Positions 1 through 10,686 of a stretch of 64,000 bases of DNA are shown here, one piece after another (the stretch's first letter is position 1; each line of letters opens with the position of its first letter). The translations under genes were made by a program, and so were the position numbers. The notes under the pieces were generated by a model that ran no database searches, was not told the DNA's origin, and saw nothing but the letters and a program-made list of their open reading frames with translations. Origin of the DNA: Clostridia bacterium (GTDB lineage Bacteria > Bacillota > Clostridia > JAAYHZ01); assembly GCA_050950825.1 (NCBI GenBank), contig JBMNIH010000006.1, positions 128,001 through 192,000 on the forward strand. The letters are read 5' to 3'.

Positions 1-79
1 GCGAATTCCGACCGGTACAATGATAGTTGAAAAAATTAGCGAGAAGAAGGTGGCTTTTATGCCTACGGAAGGCATTGAA

Positions 80-886
80 ATGTCCGTTACGGTGAGCAAA
101 GAGGATATCGTAAAAGCATTTCGAGAAGCGGGAGTAAATGAAAAGGATACGATTCTGATTCATTCTTCTTTAAAAAGCTTCGGATACGTGGAAGGTGGTG
201 CCATGAGCGTCATTGACGCCGCCAAGGAAGCGGTTACCGAAGAAGGAACGGTGGTGTTTCCCACGCTGGTGCAAAGGGATTTTGCCAATGCCTATAAAAA
301 CTGGGACAAGGATAAATCTCCTTCCGACGTAGGATACATAACCGAGGTGTTCCGAAAGCTGCCGGGCTCTTACCGAAGCGACCAAGCTACCCACTCCGTT
401 GCGGCTTGGGGGAAGAACGCCTTGGAGCTGGTGTCGGAGCATACGGCATACGGACCTCGACAAGGTGTCTTCGGAGATTACTGCTTTTCCTATTCGTCGC
501 CTTGGCAAAAAATGTACTTTTTAGGCACTCGTATCGTGTTTATCGGGGTAAACACGGTATACAACACCTTTAAGCACTTTGCCGAATACAAGCTGGTCGA
601 GTTTTATTTGAATTCCATTCCATGCGAGAAGAGAAAATGCATGGCCATGTCTAAAATTGCACGCCACAACATACCCGGAGTATGGCCTTTTCATGACGCC
701 AACAAAACCGAAAAGGCCTTGGACGAAGCCGGTCTCATATCTTACGCAAAGTGCGGAAGGTCCTTGTTTACATCTATTAGAGCCGACGAGTATACGGATT
801 TTGTATTGAAGCTTTTTAAAGAAAATCCGGATGAATGGTTCAATGAAAATTTTATTCGTTGGTTGGACGAATATGTTCGAGTATAA
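80..886 (+). CDS. AAC(3)/YokD-family N-acetyltransferase
   Basis: Motifs TILIHSSLKSFG, GTVVFPT, RSxxxTHSVAAWG, NTFKHFAE typical of the AAC(3) family; start at ATG 80 preferred over ATG 20. Confidence 0.85.
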   Translation: MSVTVSKEDIVKAFREAGVNEKDTILIHSSLKSFGYVEGGAMSVIDAAKEAVTEEGTVVFPTLVQRDFANAYKNWDKDKSPSDVGYITEVFRKLPGSYRSDQATHSVAAWGKNALELVSEHTAYGPRQGVFGDYCFSYSSPWQKMYFLGTRIVFIGVNTVYNTFKHFAEYKLVEFYLNSIPCEKRKCMAMSKIARHNIPGVWPFHDANKTEKALDEAGLISYAKCGRSLFTSIRADEYTDFVLKLFKENPDEWFNENFIRWLDEYVRV

Positions 887-912
887 ATGCCAAAAAGAAG
901 GAGGATACTTTC

Positions 913-1812
913 ATGTTTATTGACATTCACGCCCATGCCTATCGTAAGCCGGTTCCTTTTGTCGTGAAATTCTGTTCGGCGGAAGAACTGATTCAAACCT
1001 ATGATAAATTGGGAATTGAAAAAGGGGTTTTGCTTCCGATTGTCAGCCCTGAAATCTATTTCCCGCAAGCGAACGAAGATATTTTGGATATGGCGGAGCG
1101 GTATCCGGACCGGTTCATACCTTTTTGCAACGTGGATCCGAGAGCGTTGACCAATTCTCCGGAAGCCCCGTTGGACAAGGTCTTGTCCTATTACAAGGAA
1201 CGAGGCTGCAAAGGGATCGGCGAAGTCATGCCCAATTTGCCGGTGATGCACCCTATGGTGCAAAACCTGTTCCGACATGCGGAAAAAGTAGGGCTTCCCG
1301 TAATCTTCGACGGATCGGACCAGCTGACGGGAGATTTCGGGCTTTATGACGATCCCGGATTGCCGCAGCTAGAGCATACCCTGCAGCGATTTCCCAATTT
1401 GATTCTCTTCGGACACGGACCTTTATTCTGGTCGGAAATCGGAAGATTGGAGACGCCGGGAGAACGGTGCATTATCTTCAACCTCAAAGGCCATCAAGTG
1501 GGAAGGCTTCCCGAGGGTCCCATAAAGGAAGAAGGGGTCGTGCCGAAGCTGTTTCGAAGATATCCGAATCTCTACGGGGATTTGTCCGACTATACCGCGT
1601 ACAATGCCATTGCGAGAGACCCGGAATACGGCCCGAAATTCTTAACGGAATTCCAGGATCGGCTGTTCTTCGGAACGGATATGTGTTTTCCGGATATGCC
1701 GGTGCCTTTGATTGATTTGCTGAAGAGGTGGAGGGATGAAGGGAAAATCGGCGAGACGGTATTTTACAAGATCGCAAGAGGCAATGCGGAAAAATTGCTA
1801 GGGTTGATATAG
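913..1812 (+). CDS. Amidohydrolase family (amidohydro_2-type) metal-dependent hydrolase
   Basis: N-terminal IDIHAH, KGIGE, LYGDLS, LFFGTD, GNAEKLL; RBS AGGAGG before ATG 913. Confidence 0.85.
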   Translation: MFIDIHAHAYRKPVPFVVKFCSAEELIQTYDKLGIEKGVLLPIVSPEIYFPQANEDILDMAERYPDRFIPFCNVDPRALTNSPEAPLDKVLSYYKERGCKGIGEVMPNLPVMHPMVQNLFRHAEKVGLPVIFDGSDQLTGDFGLYDDPGLPQLEHTLQRFPNLILFGHGPLFWSEIGRLETPGERCIIFNLKGHQVGRLPEGPIKEEGVVPKLFRRYPNLYGDLSDYTAYNAIARDPEYGPKFLTEFQDRLFFGTDMCFPDMPVPLIDLLKRWRDEGKIGETVFYKIARGNAEKLLGLI

Positions 1813-1862
1813 AAAAAACCCCGATGACGGTAAAGAAAAATGTCGTCGGGGTCTTGTTTTTT
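1813..1862. terminator. Probable bidirectional intrinsic terminator
   Basis: ACCCCGATGAC...GTCGTCGGGGT stem flanked by A and T runs, between convergent genes. Confidence 0.75.
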
Positions 1863-2934
1863 AAAAGCTATCGATAATGCTTTTGTCCAAGTTTTTAACA
1901 ATGGCTACGGCCCATCGTACCGCTTCCACGTAATCCTTGTACGAGGAATAGTTGTAGTGGGTATGGGCGTAACGAACCGGAATACCGATTACGATAACGG
2001 GAATACCCGTGTTGGCCAAGTGAATGGCGCCGGCATTGGTACCGCCGCTTTCTCGAACCGCGTCTTGGAATACGATATTTTCTTTTTGAGCAATTTCCCT
2101 TGCAAATTTTACAAAGCGAGGATTGGAGATCATGGAAGGATCTCGGTGCCTTATCTGAGGACCTTTTCCCATGGACCCTTGCGCTATGGACGGGTCCGTA
2201 AATCCGTCGTCGGAAGGAGTGCCCTCAAAAACGATCGCCACATCCGGGTTTACGGTTCGAGCGGCAACTTGCGCACCTCTTAATCCCACTTCTTCTTGGG
2301 CCGTCAAGCAGCCTGCCAAATCCACCGAAAGCTCCGCATCTTGAAGCTGCATTAATGTGTCGATAACGCAAGCACAGCCGAGGCGGTCGTCAAAGGCCTT
2401 TCCCATCATCACGTTATTCACGGGATTGAATTCGAATGTAACGTCCGGAACTACGGGAGCACCGAGTTCGATTTTGAATTGATTCACTATTTCGTCCTTG
2501 CTTGTCGCTCCCACGTCGATGACCATATTGTTTATTTCAATTACCGTATTTTTATCCGAAGCGTTCATAAAATGAGGCGGTTTCGATGCCACAACCCCGC
2601 TTACGTAAACACCGTCGGCATTTCTTACTCGAACCTTATGGGCGCCTACGTTTTGCGAAAACCAGCCGCCGATGGGAAGGAATTTTAATGTACCGTCGCT
2701 TTTAATGGATTGGACCATAAAGCCGACTTCGTCGGAATGCCCGTCCAGCATAACGACCGGTCGATTCCCTTTATTGTTTTTCGGGTAGATGTATAGGTTT
2801 CGGATGGAATCTTCTTTCACATCCATGGAATTTCCTATATATTTTCTTGCCGTCTCCGACACTTGGTCTTCAAATCCCGAAATACCGTTGGCATTGCTTA
2901 AATCTTCGATGAGACGTAACGAATCCATATTCAT
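1861..2934 (-). CDS. M42 family metallo-aminopeptidase
   Basis: GISGFE, LDGHSDEVG, GKAFDDRLGC, QEEVGLRGA, RYAHT motifs. Confidence 0.92.
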   Translation of the reverse strand: MNMDSLRLIEDLSNANGISGFEDQVSETARKYIGNSMDVKEDSIRNLYIYPKNNKGNRPVVMLDGHSDEVGFMVQSIKSDGTLKFLPIGGWFSQNVGAHKVRVRNADGVYVSGVVASKPPHFMNASDKNTVIEINNMVIDVGATSKDEIVNQFKIELGAPVVPDVTFEFNPVNNVMMGKAFDDRLGCACVIDTLMQLQDAELSVDLAGCLTAQEEVGLRGAQVAARTVNPDVAIVFEGTPSDDGFTDPSIAQGSMGKGPQIRHRDPSMISNPRFVKFAREIAQKENIVFQDAVRESGGTNAGAIHLANTGIPVIVIGIPVRYAHTHYNYSSYKDYVEAVRWAVAIVKNLDKSIIDSF

Positions 2935-3136
2935 ATGCTACCTCCCGGGAATGGAACTGTAATTGATTCTTTCTCATTATATCCCTATTTCCAAGAAAGT
3001 AAAAGCCGTTTTCAGCGGCTTTCGATCATGAAAATTGGCAACGGTATGATTAAAAAAGGGTTCTTTTGCACAACATATTGAAAGAATAACGAAAATAGGC
3101 AGGATAGAACCGTTTTGCAAAAAGGAGGACTTGTAA

Positions 3137-6100
3137 ATGCCTAAAAAAATGAAAATGATGGACGGGAACATGGCCGCTTCCCATGTTTCCTATGCCTTTA
3201 CCGAGGTTGCGGGGATCTATCCCATCACTCCTTCGTCCCCTATGGCGGAGACGGTGGACGAATGGGCGGCGGAAGGCCGAAAAAACATATTCGGACAGCC
3301 GGTCAAGGTCATCGAAATGCAGTCGGAAGCGGGAGCGGCCGGGGTGGTACACGGCTCTCTTGCCGCAGGCGCTCTTACCACCACCTATACCGCATCCCAA
3401 GGGCTGCTTTTAATGATTCCCAATATGTATAAAATAGCGGGGGAGCTTTTACCCGGTGTTTTTCATGTCAGTGCTCGGGCGCTTGCTTCCCATGCGTTGT
3501 CCATATTCGGAGACCACCAGGATGTTATGGCCTGCAGAGAAACCGGGGTGACCATGCTGGCCTCCTCCAACGTGCAGGAGGTCATGGACTTAGGCGCCGT
3601 CGCCCATTTGGCGGCCATATCGTCAAGTATTCCGGTTTTACACTTTTTTGACGGATTCCGAACATCCCACGAATACCAAAAAATCGAGCCCTTGAATTAC
3701 GAGGATTTGGCTCGTTTGGTCGATTATGAAGCCCTTGAAAGATTCCGAAGCCGCTCATTAAATCCCAATCGGCCGATATTGAGAGGGACGGCGCAAAATC
3801 CGGATATCTTCTTCCAGAATCGTGAGGCTTCCAATCGGATTTATGAAAAAGTACCGGATACGGTTTTAAGGTATATGCAGGAAATCAATAAACTAACCGG
3901 ACGCGATTACAAGCCTTTCAACTATTACGGTGCCGAGGATGCGGAATATGTCATCGTAGCCATGGGTTCGGTATGCGATACCATACAAGAGACCGTAGAC
4001 TATTTAAACGAACAAGGAGAAAAAACCGGGGCTATCTTCGTTCATTTGTACCGCCCCTTCCATGCTCCGTTTTTCTTTGACGTGCTGCCGAAAACGGTAA
4101 AGAGAATCGCCGTTTTGGATCGAACCAAAGAGCCCGGAGCCCCCGGAGAGCCCTTGTATTTGGATGTGGTGAGTTTGTTTTATCAAGTCGAAAACAAACC
4201 GGAGATTTTTCGAGGACGCTACGGTTTAGGCTCGAAGGACACACGACCTTCCCAAATTGTTGCCGTATTTGAAAACCTGAAAAAAGACACGCCCAAGGAC
4301 GGGTTCACTATCGGTATTGTCGATGATGTCACCTTTACCTCTTTGGAAGAAAAGGAGGATATCGAAACCACGCCGAAAGGAACGGTCAGCTGTAAATTCT
4401 GGGGATTGGGCTCCGACGGAACCGTAGGTGCCAACAAAACGGCGGTGAAGATTATCGGGGACAAGACGGACCTTTACGCCCAAGCTTATTTCTCCTATGA
4501 CAGCAAAAAGTCCGGAGGGTCCACGGTCTCCCATTTGCGTTTCGGTCCGAAGCCCTTGCGGTCCCCCTATTTGGTATACAACGCCGATTATATCGCTTGC
4601 CACAATCCGTCCTTTGTCAATCAAATGGATTTGGTGAAAGGCTTGAAAAAGAACGGCACCTTCGTTTTGAATTGTCCTTGGACGGTTTCCGAGCTGGAAG
4701 AAAAGCTTCCCGCCTCCTTGAAAAGATACTTGGCACGGAACAACATCCAATTTCATATCATCGATGCCATCTCCATTGCGGGAGAAGTGGGGCTGGGGAA
4801 TCGAATCAATATGGTGATGCAGAGCGTTTTCTTTAAGCTTGCCAATGTGATCCCCACGGATCAAGCCATCGCCTACTTGAAAGAGTCGGTAGAGCAGATG
4901 TACGGAAGCAAAGGCGAAAAAATCGTTCAAATGAATATCCAAGCCATCGACCGATCCTTGGAAAGACTCTACAAAGTGACGGTTCCGGAGGAATGGGCTT
5001 ATGCAGAGGATCCGCCAAAAGAAGAAAAAGAGGAGCCGGAATTCATTAAGAAAATTGCTCGGCCTATGGCAAGACACGAAGGAGACGAGCTTCCGGTCAG
5101 TGCCTTCATCGGAATGGAGGACGGAAGCTTCCCCACAGGAACCACTTCATACGAAAAAAGAGGAATCGCGGTGTTTATACCCGAGTGGCAAATCGACAAT
5201 TGCATCCAATGTAACCAATGCGCCTACATTTGTCCTCACGCCGTCATACGACCTCTTCTTTTGACCCAAGAGGAAAACGACCGGGCGCCGGAAGGATTTT
5301 TGACGCTGAAGGGCAAAGGAAAGGGCTTGGACTCATACTATTACCGCATTCAAATCAGCCCCTTGGACTGCACCGGATGCGGTAACTGTGCCGATATTTG
5401 CCCGGCTCCGACGAAAGCCTTGATCATGAAAGACGCGGAAGAACAAATCCGAAAGCAAGCGGACCTTTGGGAATACGGGCTGAAGGTAACGGAGAAAACG
5501 GGAGTCGTTCCCGTTCATACGGTAAAGGGCAGCCAGTTCTCAAGACCCTTGTTCGAGTTTCACGGCGCTTGCCCCGGATGCGGCGAAACCCCGTATATTA
5601 AGCTTATTACCCAGTTGTTCGGAGACCGTATGATCATCGCCAATGCCACCGGCTGCTCTTCCATCTACGGAGGAAGCGCACCCTCCATTCCCTATACGGT
5701 CAACAAGCAGGGGAAAGGCCCCGCATGGGGGAACTCCTTGTTTGAAGACAATGCGGAATACGGCTACGGTATGTTCTTAGGTACGAAGGCTTTAAGAGAG
5801 CGTATCGCGGATCTTATGGAAAAAGCCATCGAAGAAGGGACGGAAAGCGCTGTCGCCGAAGTTTTCCGCGAATGGATCGAAAACATGGATGACGGAGAAG
5901 AAACAAAACGACTGGCCCCGAAAATCTTAAGCATATTGGAGGATCCTTCCGAATCCGATCGTGAAACCTTCCGAGAGATTTATAAACTGAAGGATTACTT
6001 GATCAAACCCTCCCCGTGGATTATCGGCGGAGACGGTTGGGCTTACGATATCGGATACGGAGGGTTGGACCACGTTTTGGCGACGGGAGACGACGTAAAC

Positions 6101-6664
6101 ATCTTGGTTTTGGATACGGAAGTCTATTCGAATACGGGAGGACAGTCCTCCAAAGCCACGCCGGCGGCATCGGTTTCCAAATTCGCTTCGGGCGGGAAGA
6201 AAACCCGTAAAAAAGATTTGGGGCTAATGGCCATGAGCTACGGATACGTTTACGTGGCGCAAATTGCCATAGGGGCCGATATGAATCAGACCTTAAAAGC
6301 GTTTTTGGAAGCGGAAAAGTATAAAGGGCCTTCTTTGATTATCGCTTATTCGCCTTGCGTCAATCACGGTATTAAAGCCGGAATGGGAAAAAGCCTGGCT
6401 CAAGAAAAGAAGGCCGTGGAGGCGGGCTATTGGCATTTGTATCGTTACAATCCGGCACTAAAAGAAGAAGGCAAGAATCCTTTCGTCTTGGATTCGAAAG
6501 ACCCCAAAGCCGATTACAAGGAGTATTTAAAGGGAGAAATTCGGTATGCACGATTGGCCTCGTCCAATCCCGCTGTTGCGGATGAGATGTACGAAATATC
6601 CGAAAAGCATGCAAAAGAGCGGCTGGAAAGCTATAAAAAATTGGCGGAGACGAAAAACCTATAA
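3137..6664 (+). CDS. nifJ: Pyruvate:ferredoxin (flavodoxin) oxidoreductase
   Basis: YPITPS, EMQSEAGAAG, GLGSDG, two CxxCxxCxxxCP ferredoxin motifs, GACPGCGE, GGDGWAYDIG (TPP); 1175 aa. Confidence 0.97.
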   Translation: MPKKMKMMDGNMAASHVSYAFTEVAGIYPITPSSPMAETVDEWAAEGRKNIFGQPVKVIEMQSEAGAAGVVHGSLAAGALTTTYTASQGLLLMIPNMYKIAGELLPGVFHVSARALASHALSIFGDHQDVMACRETGVTMLASSNVQEVMDLGAVAHLAAISSSIPVLHFFDGFRTSHEYQKIEPLNYEDLARLVDYEALERFRSRSLNPNRPILRGTAQNPDIFFQNREASNRIYEKVPDTVLRYMQEINKLTGRDYKPFNYYGAEDAEYVIVAMGSVCDTIQETVDYLNEQGEKTGAIFVHLYRPFHAPFFFDVLPKTVKRIAVLDRTKEPGAPGEPLYLDVVSLFYQVENKPEIFRGRYGLGSKDTRPSQIVAVFENLKKDTPKDGFTIGIVDDVTFTSLEEKEDIETTPKGTVSCKFWGLGSDGTVGANKTAVKIIGDKTDLYAQAYFSYDSKKSGGSTVSHLRFGPKPLRSPYLVYNADYIACHNPSFVNQMDLVKGLKKNGTFVLNCPWTVSELEEKLPASLKRYLARNNIQFHIIDAISIAGEVGLGNRINMVMQSVFFKLANVIPTDQAIAYLKESVEQMYGSKGEKIVQMNIQAIDRSLERLYKVTVPEEWAYAEDPPKEEKEEPEFIKKIARPMARHEGDELPVSAFIGMEDGSFPTGTTSYEKRGIAVFIPEWQIDNCIQCNQCAYICPHAVIRPLLLTQEENDRAPEGFLTLKGKGKGLDSYYYRIQISPLDCTGCGNCADICPAPTKALIMKDAEEQIRKQADLWEYGLKVTEKTGVVPVHTVKGSQFSRPLFEFHGACPGCGETPYIKLITQLFGDRMIIANATGCSSIYGGSAPSIPYTVNKQGKGPAWGNSLFEDNAEYGYGMFLGTKALRERIADLMEKAIEEGTESAVAEVFREWIENMDDGEETKRLAPKILSILEDPSESDRETFREIYKLKDYLIKPSPWIIGGDGWAYDIGYGGLDHVLATGDDVNILVLDTEVYSNTGGQSSKATPAASVSKFASGGKKTRKKDLGLMAMSYGYVYVAQIAIGADMNQTLKAFLEAEKYKGPSLIIAYSPCVNHGIKAGMGKSLAQEKKAVEAGYWHLYRYNPALKEEGKNPFVLDSKDPKADYKEYLKGEIRYARLASSNPAVADEMYEISEKHAKERLESYKKLAETKNL

Positions 6665-6694
6665 AAAACCCTATATTCATCATTATATATATTC

Positions 6695-6733
6695 AAAGAG
6701 GAAGAGAAAAAACAAAATATCTTCCTCTTTTTC
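6695..6733 (+). terminator. Intrinsic terminator after nifJ
   Basis: AAAGAGGAAGA...TCTTCCTCTTTTT inverted repeat. Confidence 0.65.
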
Positions 6734-6861
6734 ACGTAAAGTTATACAACGATAAGTAATGTGCATAAGAATATCGTAAAATATAAAAATATTTACATTA
6801 TCGGAGTTGTATGTTAATATGCATATATAGTCTATATGTATGTACGGTGTGGAGGACAGCC

Positions 6862-7365
6862 ATGTATAAAAAAAGGATTGTTGTTTTCTTGGTATTGTCT
6901 CTTTTTGTCTTTACGGCTGTCCTATCGGGTAGCTGCGATAAAGCAACGTCCGACCCAAGGCTCGTGGAAAGCTTGGCGACCCTCCCTGTTCCGGAAGAAG
7001 ACTTTTTAGGAGATATCCAAAACACCGAGATTACTTTTATCTACACGCCCAACCCCTCCATCGATTTACGGTTTAATGCCGATTTCAAAGAGGTTGTTAC
7101 CAAGGTTACGGATCTTGTATATGAAAAATACAAGATCAAAGTCAATATGGAATTTATTGCGAATCAAAATTACTACGACACGGTCAGCGTAAGGCTGAAA
7201 TCCAACGACCGAATCGATGTGTTTTCTCCTTATCCGAGCAAATACCCTAATATGGAAACGGTACCTTATAGTACGCAAAACTATTTGCAGCTCGACAGGG
7301 AAGAACAAGAAAGACTGCTAGACCGTATCAGGGCGCATGTGGAAGAGTTGAAAAAGATGAAGTAA
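6862..7365 (+). CDS. Short lipoprotein resembling the N-terminus of a sugar ABC solute-binding protein (possibly truncated)
   Basis: Signal peptide with lipobox-like LSGSC; YEKYKIKVNMEFI...Y...SNDRIDVF segment typical of SBP N-termini; RBS GGAGG. Confidence 0.55.
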   Translation: MYKKRIVVFLVLSLFVFTAVLSGSCDKATSDPRLVESLATLPVPEEDFLGDIQNTEITFIYTPNPSIDLRFNADFKEVVTKVTDLVYEKYKIKVNMEFIANQNYYDTVSVRLKSNDRIDVFSPYPSKYPNMETVPYSTQNYLQLDREEQERLLDRIRAHVEELKKMK

Positions 7366-7392
7366 ACATTAATGAAAAGGGGGAGGATGGAT

Positions 7393-9024
7393 ATGGATTT
7401 ATATAAAAAAGGACTGCTGTTTGTTATTATCCTTTGCCTATTATGTTCATGCTCCAACGGAGGACACGATGAACAGGAAACGGAGCAAGAAATCACAACC
7501 GTTCCCATTGATGAAAAGGAAGTAATTAAATTGGATTCGAAACCGTTGACGATTATATATTATTCCGCTGATTTGTGGGGAGTTCCTGTGTCGAGAGAAG
7601 ACAATTTGGCTCTCAATTTCATTGCCATCTCCAATCTGTGCGAGAAGAAGTTTGGGTTTAAAGTAAAATTTCAACAATATGACGAAGCTACGGCACAAGA
7701 AAATGTATTCCAAGCATACATAAAAGCAGGACTTGATGCGGATTTGGTTTTCCCGTCCCCGGTTAGACCGAGCATCGACCCGAGTCTTGTGCAAAAAACA
7801 TATTTTTGGGGGGATCGATATATCGAGGATAGACTCTATACCGACTTAACCCCTTACTTACGGCTTTGTCCGGAAGCTCAACTTAATTTTGAAAAGTATC
7901 CGTACATAAAAGAGATGAGTACAAGAAACGGTAAAACCTATGCCATTTACACAGGTATGCCGAGTATTTCGGTATTGGCATTGTATGTCAAGAAGGAGCT
8001 TTTGGAACAAACGAAAACGGATATCCAAAGCTTAAACGAGATTGATGAAATTTATAGCTTCATGTACAACCTTTACGGGGAAAACCCGCCGGATAGTGCA
8101 CAAAAGATATTGCTTGATCGACCGGAGGTCATGACGGAATATTCCATTTACAACTCCGGATATTACCCTCTTTTTTCTCAAAGCTTTGATTTTTTGCTGC
8201 GTTCCTCCGATAAAAATTATATCCCTTATCCCATCGAAGACACGGAAGTTTTGGATTATTTATTGGAGAAATTCTTGCCGTTTTTCGAAAGATCCTACTT
8301 TCGTTATGACGAAAAATATATGGATTTCTTGTTTGACGGCTCCCAAGATTTGTTCTTATCGAATGATCCTTTAAGATATATCAAATATTTCACTCGCGGG
8401 AATCAAAACGTTTTCCAAAAATACTCGATTGTGCTGCTCAAGGACCAAAAGCCGGTCATCGACAGATACGATTCCATCTTGCCGATTATGGTCCCCTCCA
8501 CAAGTACGCAGCCCGAGAAAGCCATGGTTTTCATGCAGTGGCTGATGACCGACGAGGATGTTGCCGATATTCTGACATTCGGCTCCCAAATTATGAACTT
8601 AAAGCACTATACTTTCTCCGAAGACGGGACCATCCTGCCGGAGAAAAACAATACGATTTATGCCTTTTGCCACTTAATCGCCAATTTTTCAAAAAAAGCA
8701 TTCTTGTACGGAAACCAAGCTTTTGATATCGGTGCGCAATACCGAGATTTGACTTATCGAGCGGAATACCCCGACTTTTACAAATTGGTAGAGTCTCAAC
8801 ACTTTTATTACGATTTCTTAAGCGAAAGCTATCGGAACACTTATCTTCTGCAGGCAAAAAGAGAGAATTTTTTAACGAATCGAATGATCGAATGGATGAA
8901 CGATCCGGATTCCTTATCGAATGCCGATACTATAAACGAGGATTTACGGAAGATAACCGATGCAAAAGCTTTGATCGATGAAGCCAAGAAATATATAAGT
9001 AAGGTTTTGGAATCAAGCTATTGA
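7393..9024 (+). CDS. Extracellular solute-binding-like lipoprotein (carbohydrate ABC type)
   Basis: Lipobox LCSC; YTDLTPYL, NGKTYAI, VPSTSTQPEKAMVFMQWL, HYT motifs. Confidence 0.7.
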   Translation: MDLYKKGLLFVIILCLLCSCSNGGHDEQETEQEITTVPIDEKEVIKLDSKPLTIIYYSADLWGVPVSREDNLALNFIAISNLCEKKFGFKVKFQQYDEATAQENVFQAYIKAGLDADLVFPSPVRPSIDPSLVQKTYFWGDRYIEDRLYTDLTPYLRLCPEAQLNFEKYPYIKEMSTRNGKTYAIYTGMPSISVLALYVKKELLEQTKTDIQSLNEIDEIYSFMYNLYGENPPDSAQKILLDRPEVMTEYSIYNSGYYPLFSQSFDFLLRSSDKNYIPYPIEDTEVLDYLLEKFLPFFERSYFRYDEKYMDFLFDGSQDLFLSNDPLRYIKYFTRGNQNVFQKYSIVLLKDQKPVIDRYDSILPIMVPSTSTQPEKAMVFMQWLMTDEDVADILTFGSQIMNLKHYTFSEDGTILPEKNNTIYAFCHLIANFSKKAFLYGNQAFDIGAQYRDLTYRAEYPDFYKLVESQHFYYDFLSESYRNTYLLQAKRENFLTNRMIEWMNDPDSLSNADTINEDLRKITDAKALIDEAKKYISKVLESSY

Positions 9025-9100
9025 TGAAAAAGGCAAAACCGAAGATAAAGAAAGAATAGGATCGAACCGTAAAAATCAATAATCGATGAAAGCAAAAAAG

Positions 9101-9144
9101 AACGGTTCTTTTGAATGCGCCGATCCGCAGTCAAAAGAACCGTT
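9101..9144. terminator. Hairpin between convergent genes
   Basis: AACGGTTCTTTTGA...TCAAAAGAACCGTT perfect 14-bp arms. Confidence 0.7.
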
Positions 9145-9159
9145 ATCTCCGATACCAAA

Positions 9160-10686
9160 TTACTTATCTATTTCATCCCATGATTGAATATCTTTCACCA
9201 TTTTGTTTTTAAACAGAGCTTTGATAATATATCCGCTTGCAAACACCAAGACGCTTATTAGCCATCCGCCGAGAATATTGGACGTTAAGGTATATCCGTC
9301 GGCTGCTCCGTAAATTCCGCCGTTCCTAATGAGTGTAACGATATTCCAGATGAAAAATGCGGTTAAAATGGCAGGAGCGATAAACTTAATGGCGATATTA
9401 AAGAATCCTGCAGGCATTTTGAATTTCTTCGTATTTCTATTGACTTCTTCCAGAACTTTTGTAGTGTTGAAGATCCATCCGATAGCAACGGATTCGATTA
9501 TACCTATCAGAATCAGGTTGTAGTTATTGCACCAGTTATCCACAATATCCAGCCACGCCAGACCTGCACCGGTTACAAAGAACAAGGAGATTGCGCCCGA
9601 AACAAGGCAGACGATAATCGTTGTTTTCTTCTTGGGAACTTCAAACCTGTCGGATATCGCCGTAGAAACGCCCTCTACAAGGGAAAATGCCGAGTCTATA
9701 GCAAGGGTACACAGGCAGAAATAGAAGATAAATGCGAATATGGCATTAACCCAGCCTGTATTTGTTAGCAAAACGATTGCCTGCGGGTATATAAAGAAAG
9801 CCGTTGCTATTCCGGAAGCGGATATGTTATCCAGCATTCCCACGCCGCCCATGGTAAGAAATGTAACGATACCGGCAAGAACACTCACCGCCATATCACA
9901 AAAAGCGATTATTGTAGCGTCGAGAGCAACGTTGGTATCTCTATCAAGGAAGGATCCGTAAGCAATCATTATTGCCATCATGATAGACAAACTGTAGAAA
10001 ACTTGTCCACAAGCATCAATCCAAATGGTTACACTTGATAGAGCGGAAAAGTCAGGTACAAAGAATTTTACTAATCCGTCAATCGATCCCGGCAGGAAAA
10101 GCCCCCTTACCGCGAGAATCAAAAGACAGATTATGGGAAGAAGTACCGTGTATTTAATAACTTTGCCTACGCTTTCCGTACCGTTACGTATGCAATAATA
10201 TATTGCACCCCATGCAATAACCAAAGCTATTAAAACGGGCCAAGCAATTGTACCGTAACCGGAAACGGTTCCTGTCGTTTTAATGGTTGTTGCCCATAGC
10301 GAGCGTGCGGCTTCGGTATTTCCGGTTAAGCCGGCAAACTTGTAACTGATTCCGGCCATCAGGATAACCCATGCAAATACCACGGCATAGTATGTAACGA
10401 TAACAAAAGCATTTGCTGTTGCCGCCCATCCGATAGGCTCCAGTTTTTTGTTGATTCCGGCGAATGCTCCGGGAGCACTTTGCCGCATCTTACGACCGAT
10501 ACTAATTTCCATCATAAGAAGCGGTATACCGAAAACTATCATTGCCAACAAATAAACCAGAAGAAATGCTCCTCCTCCATGTTTTGCGGCAAGACCCGGA
10601 AAACGCCATGCATTTCCCAAGCCTACGGCAGATCCGATCGCAGCCAATACGAAAGTTGACCGGGATGACCATTTGTCTCTTTCCAT
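9160..10686 (-). CDS. Sodium-dependent transporter, NSS/SNF (LeuT) family
   Basis: WSSR...GSAVGLGNAWRFP...GGGAFL, GQVFYSLS, FIYP motifs; multiple TM helices. Confidence 0.95.
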   Translation of the reverse strand: MERDKWSSRSTFVLAAIGSAVGLGNAWRFPGLAAKHGGGAFLLVYLLAMIVFGIPLLMMEISIGRKMRQSAPGAFAGINKKLEPIGWAATANAFVIVTYYAVVFAWVILMAGISYKFAGLTGNTEAARSLWATTIKTTGTVSGYGTIAWPVLIALVIAWGAIYYCIRNGTESVGKVIKYTVLLPIICLLILAVRGLFLPGSIDGLVKFFVPDFSALSSVTIWIDACGQVFYSLSIMMAIMIAYGSFLDRDTNVALDATIIAFCDMAVSVLAGIVTFLTMGGVGMLDNISASGIATAFFIYPQAIVLLTNTGWVNAIFAFIFYFCLCTLAIDSAFSLVEGVSTAISDRFEVPKKKTTIIVCLVSGAISLFFVTGAGLAWLDIVDNWCNNYNLILIGIIESVAIGWIFNTTKVLEEVNRNTKKFKMPAGFFNIAIKFIAPAILTAFFIWNIVTLIRNGGIYGAADGYTLTSNILGGWLISVLVFASGYIIKALFKNKMVKDIQSWDEIDK

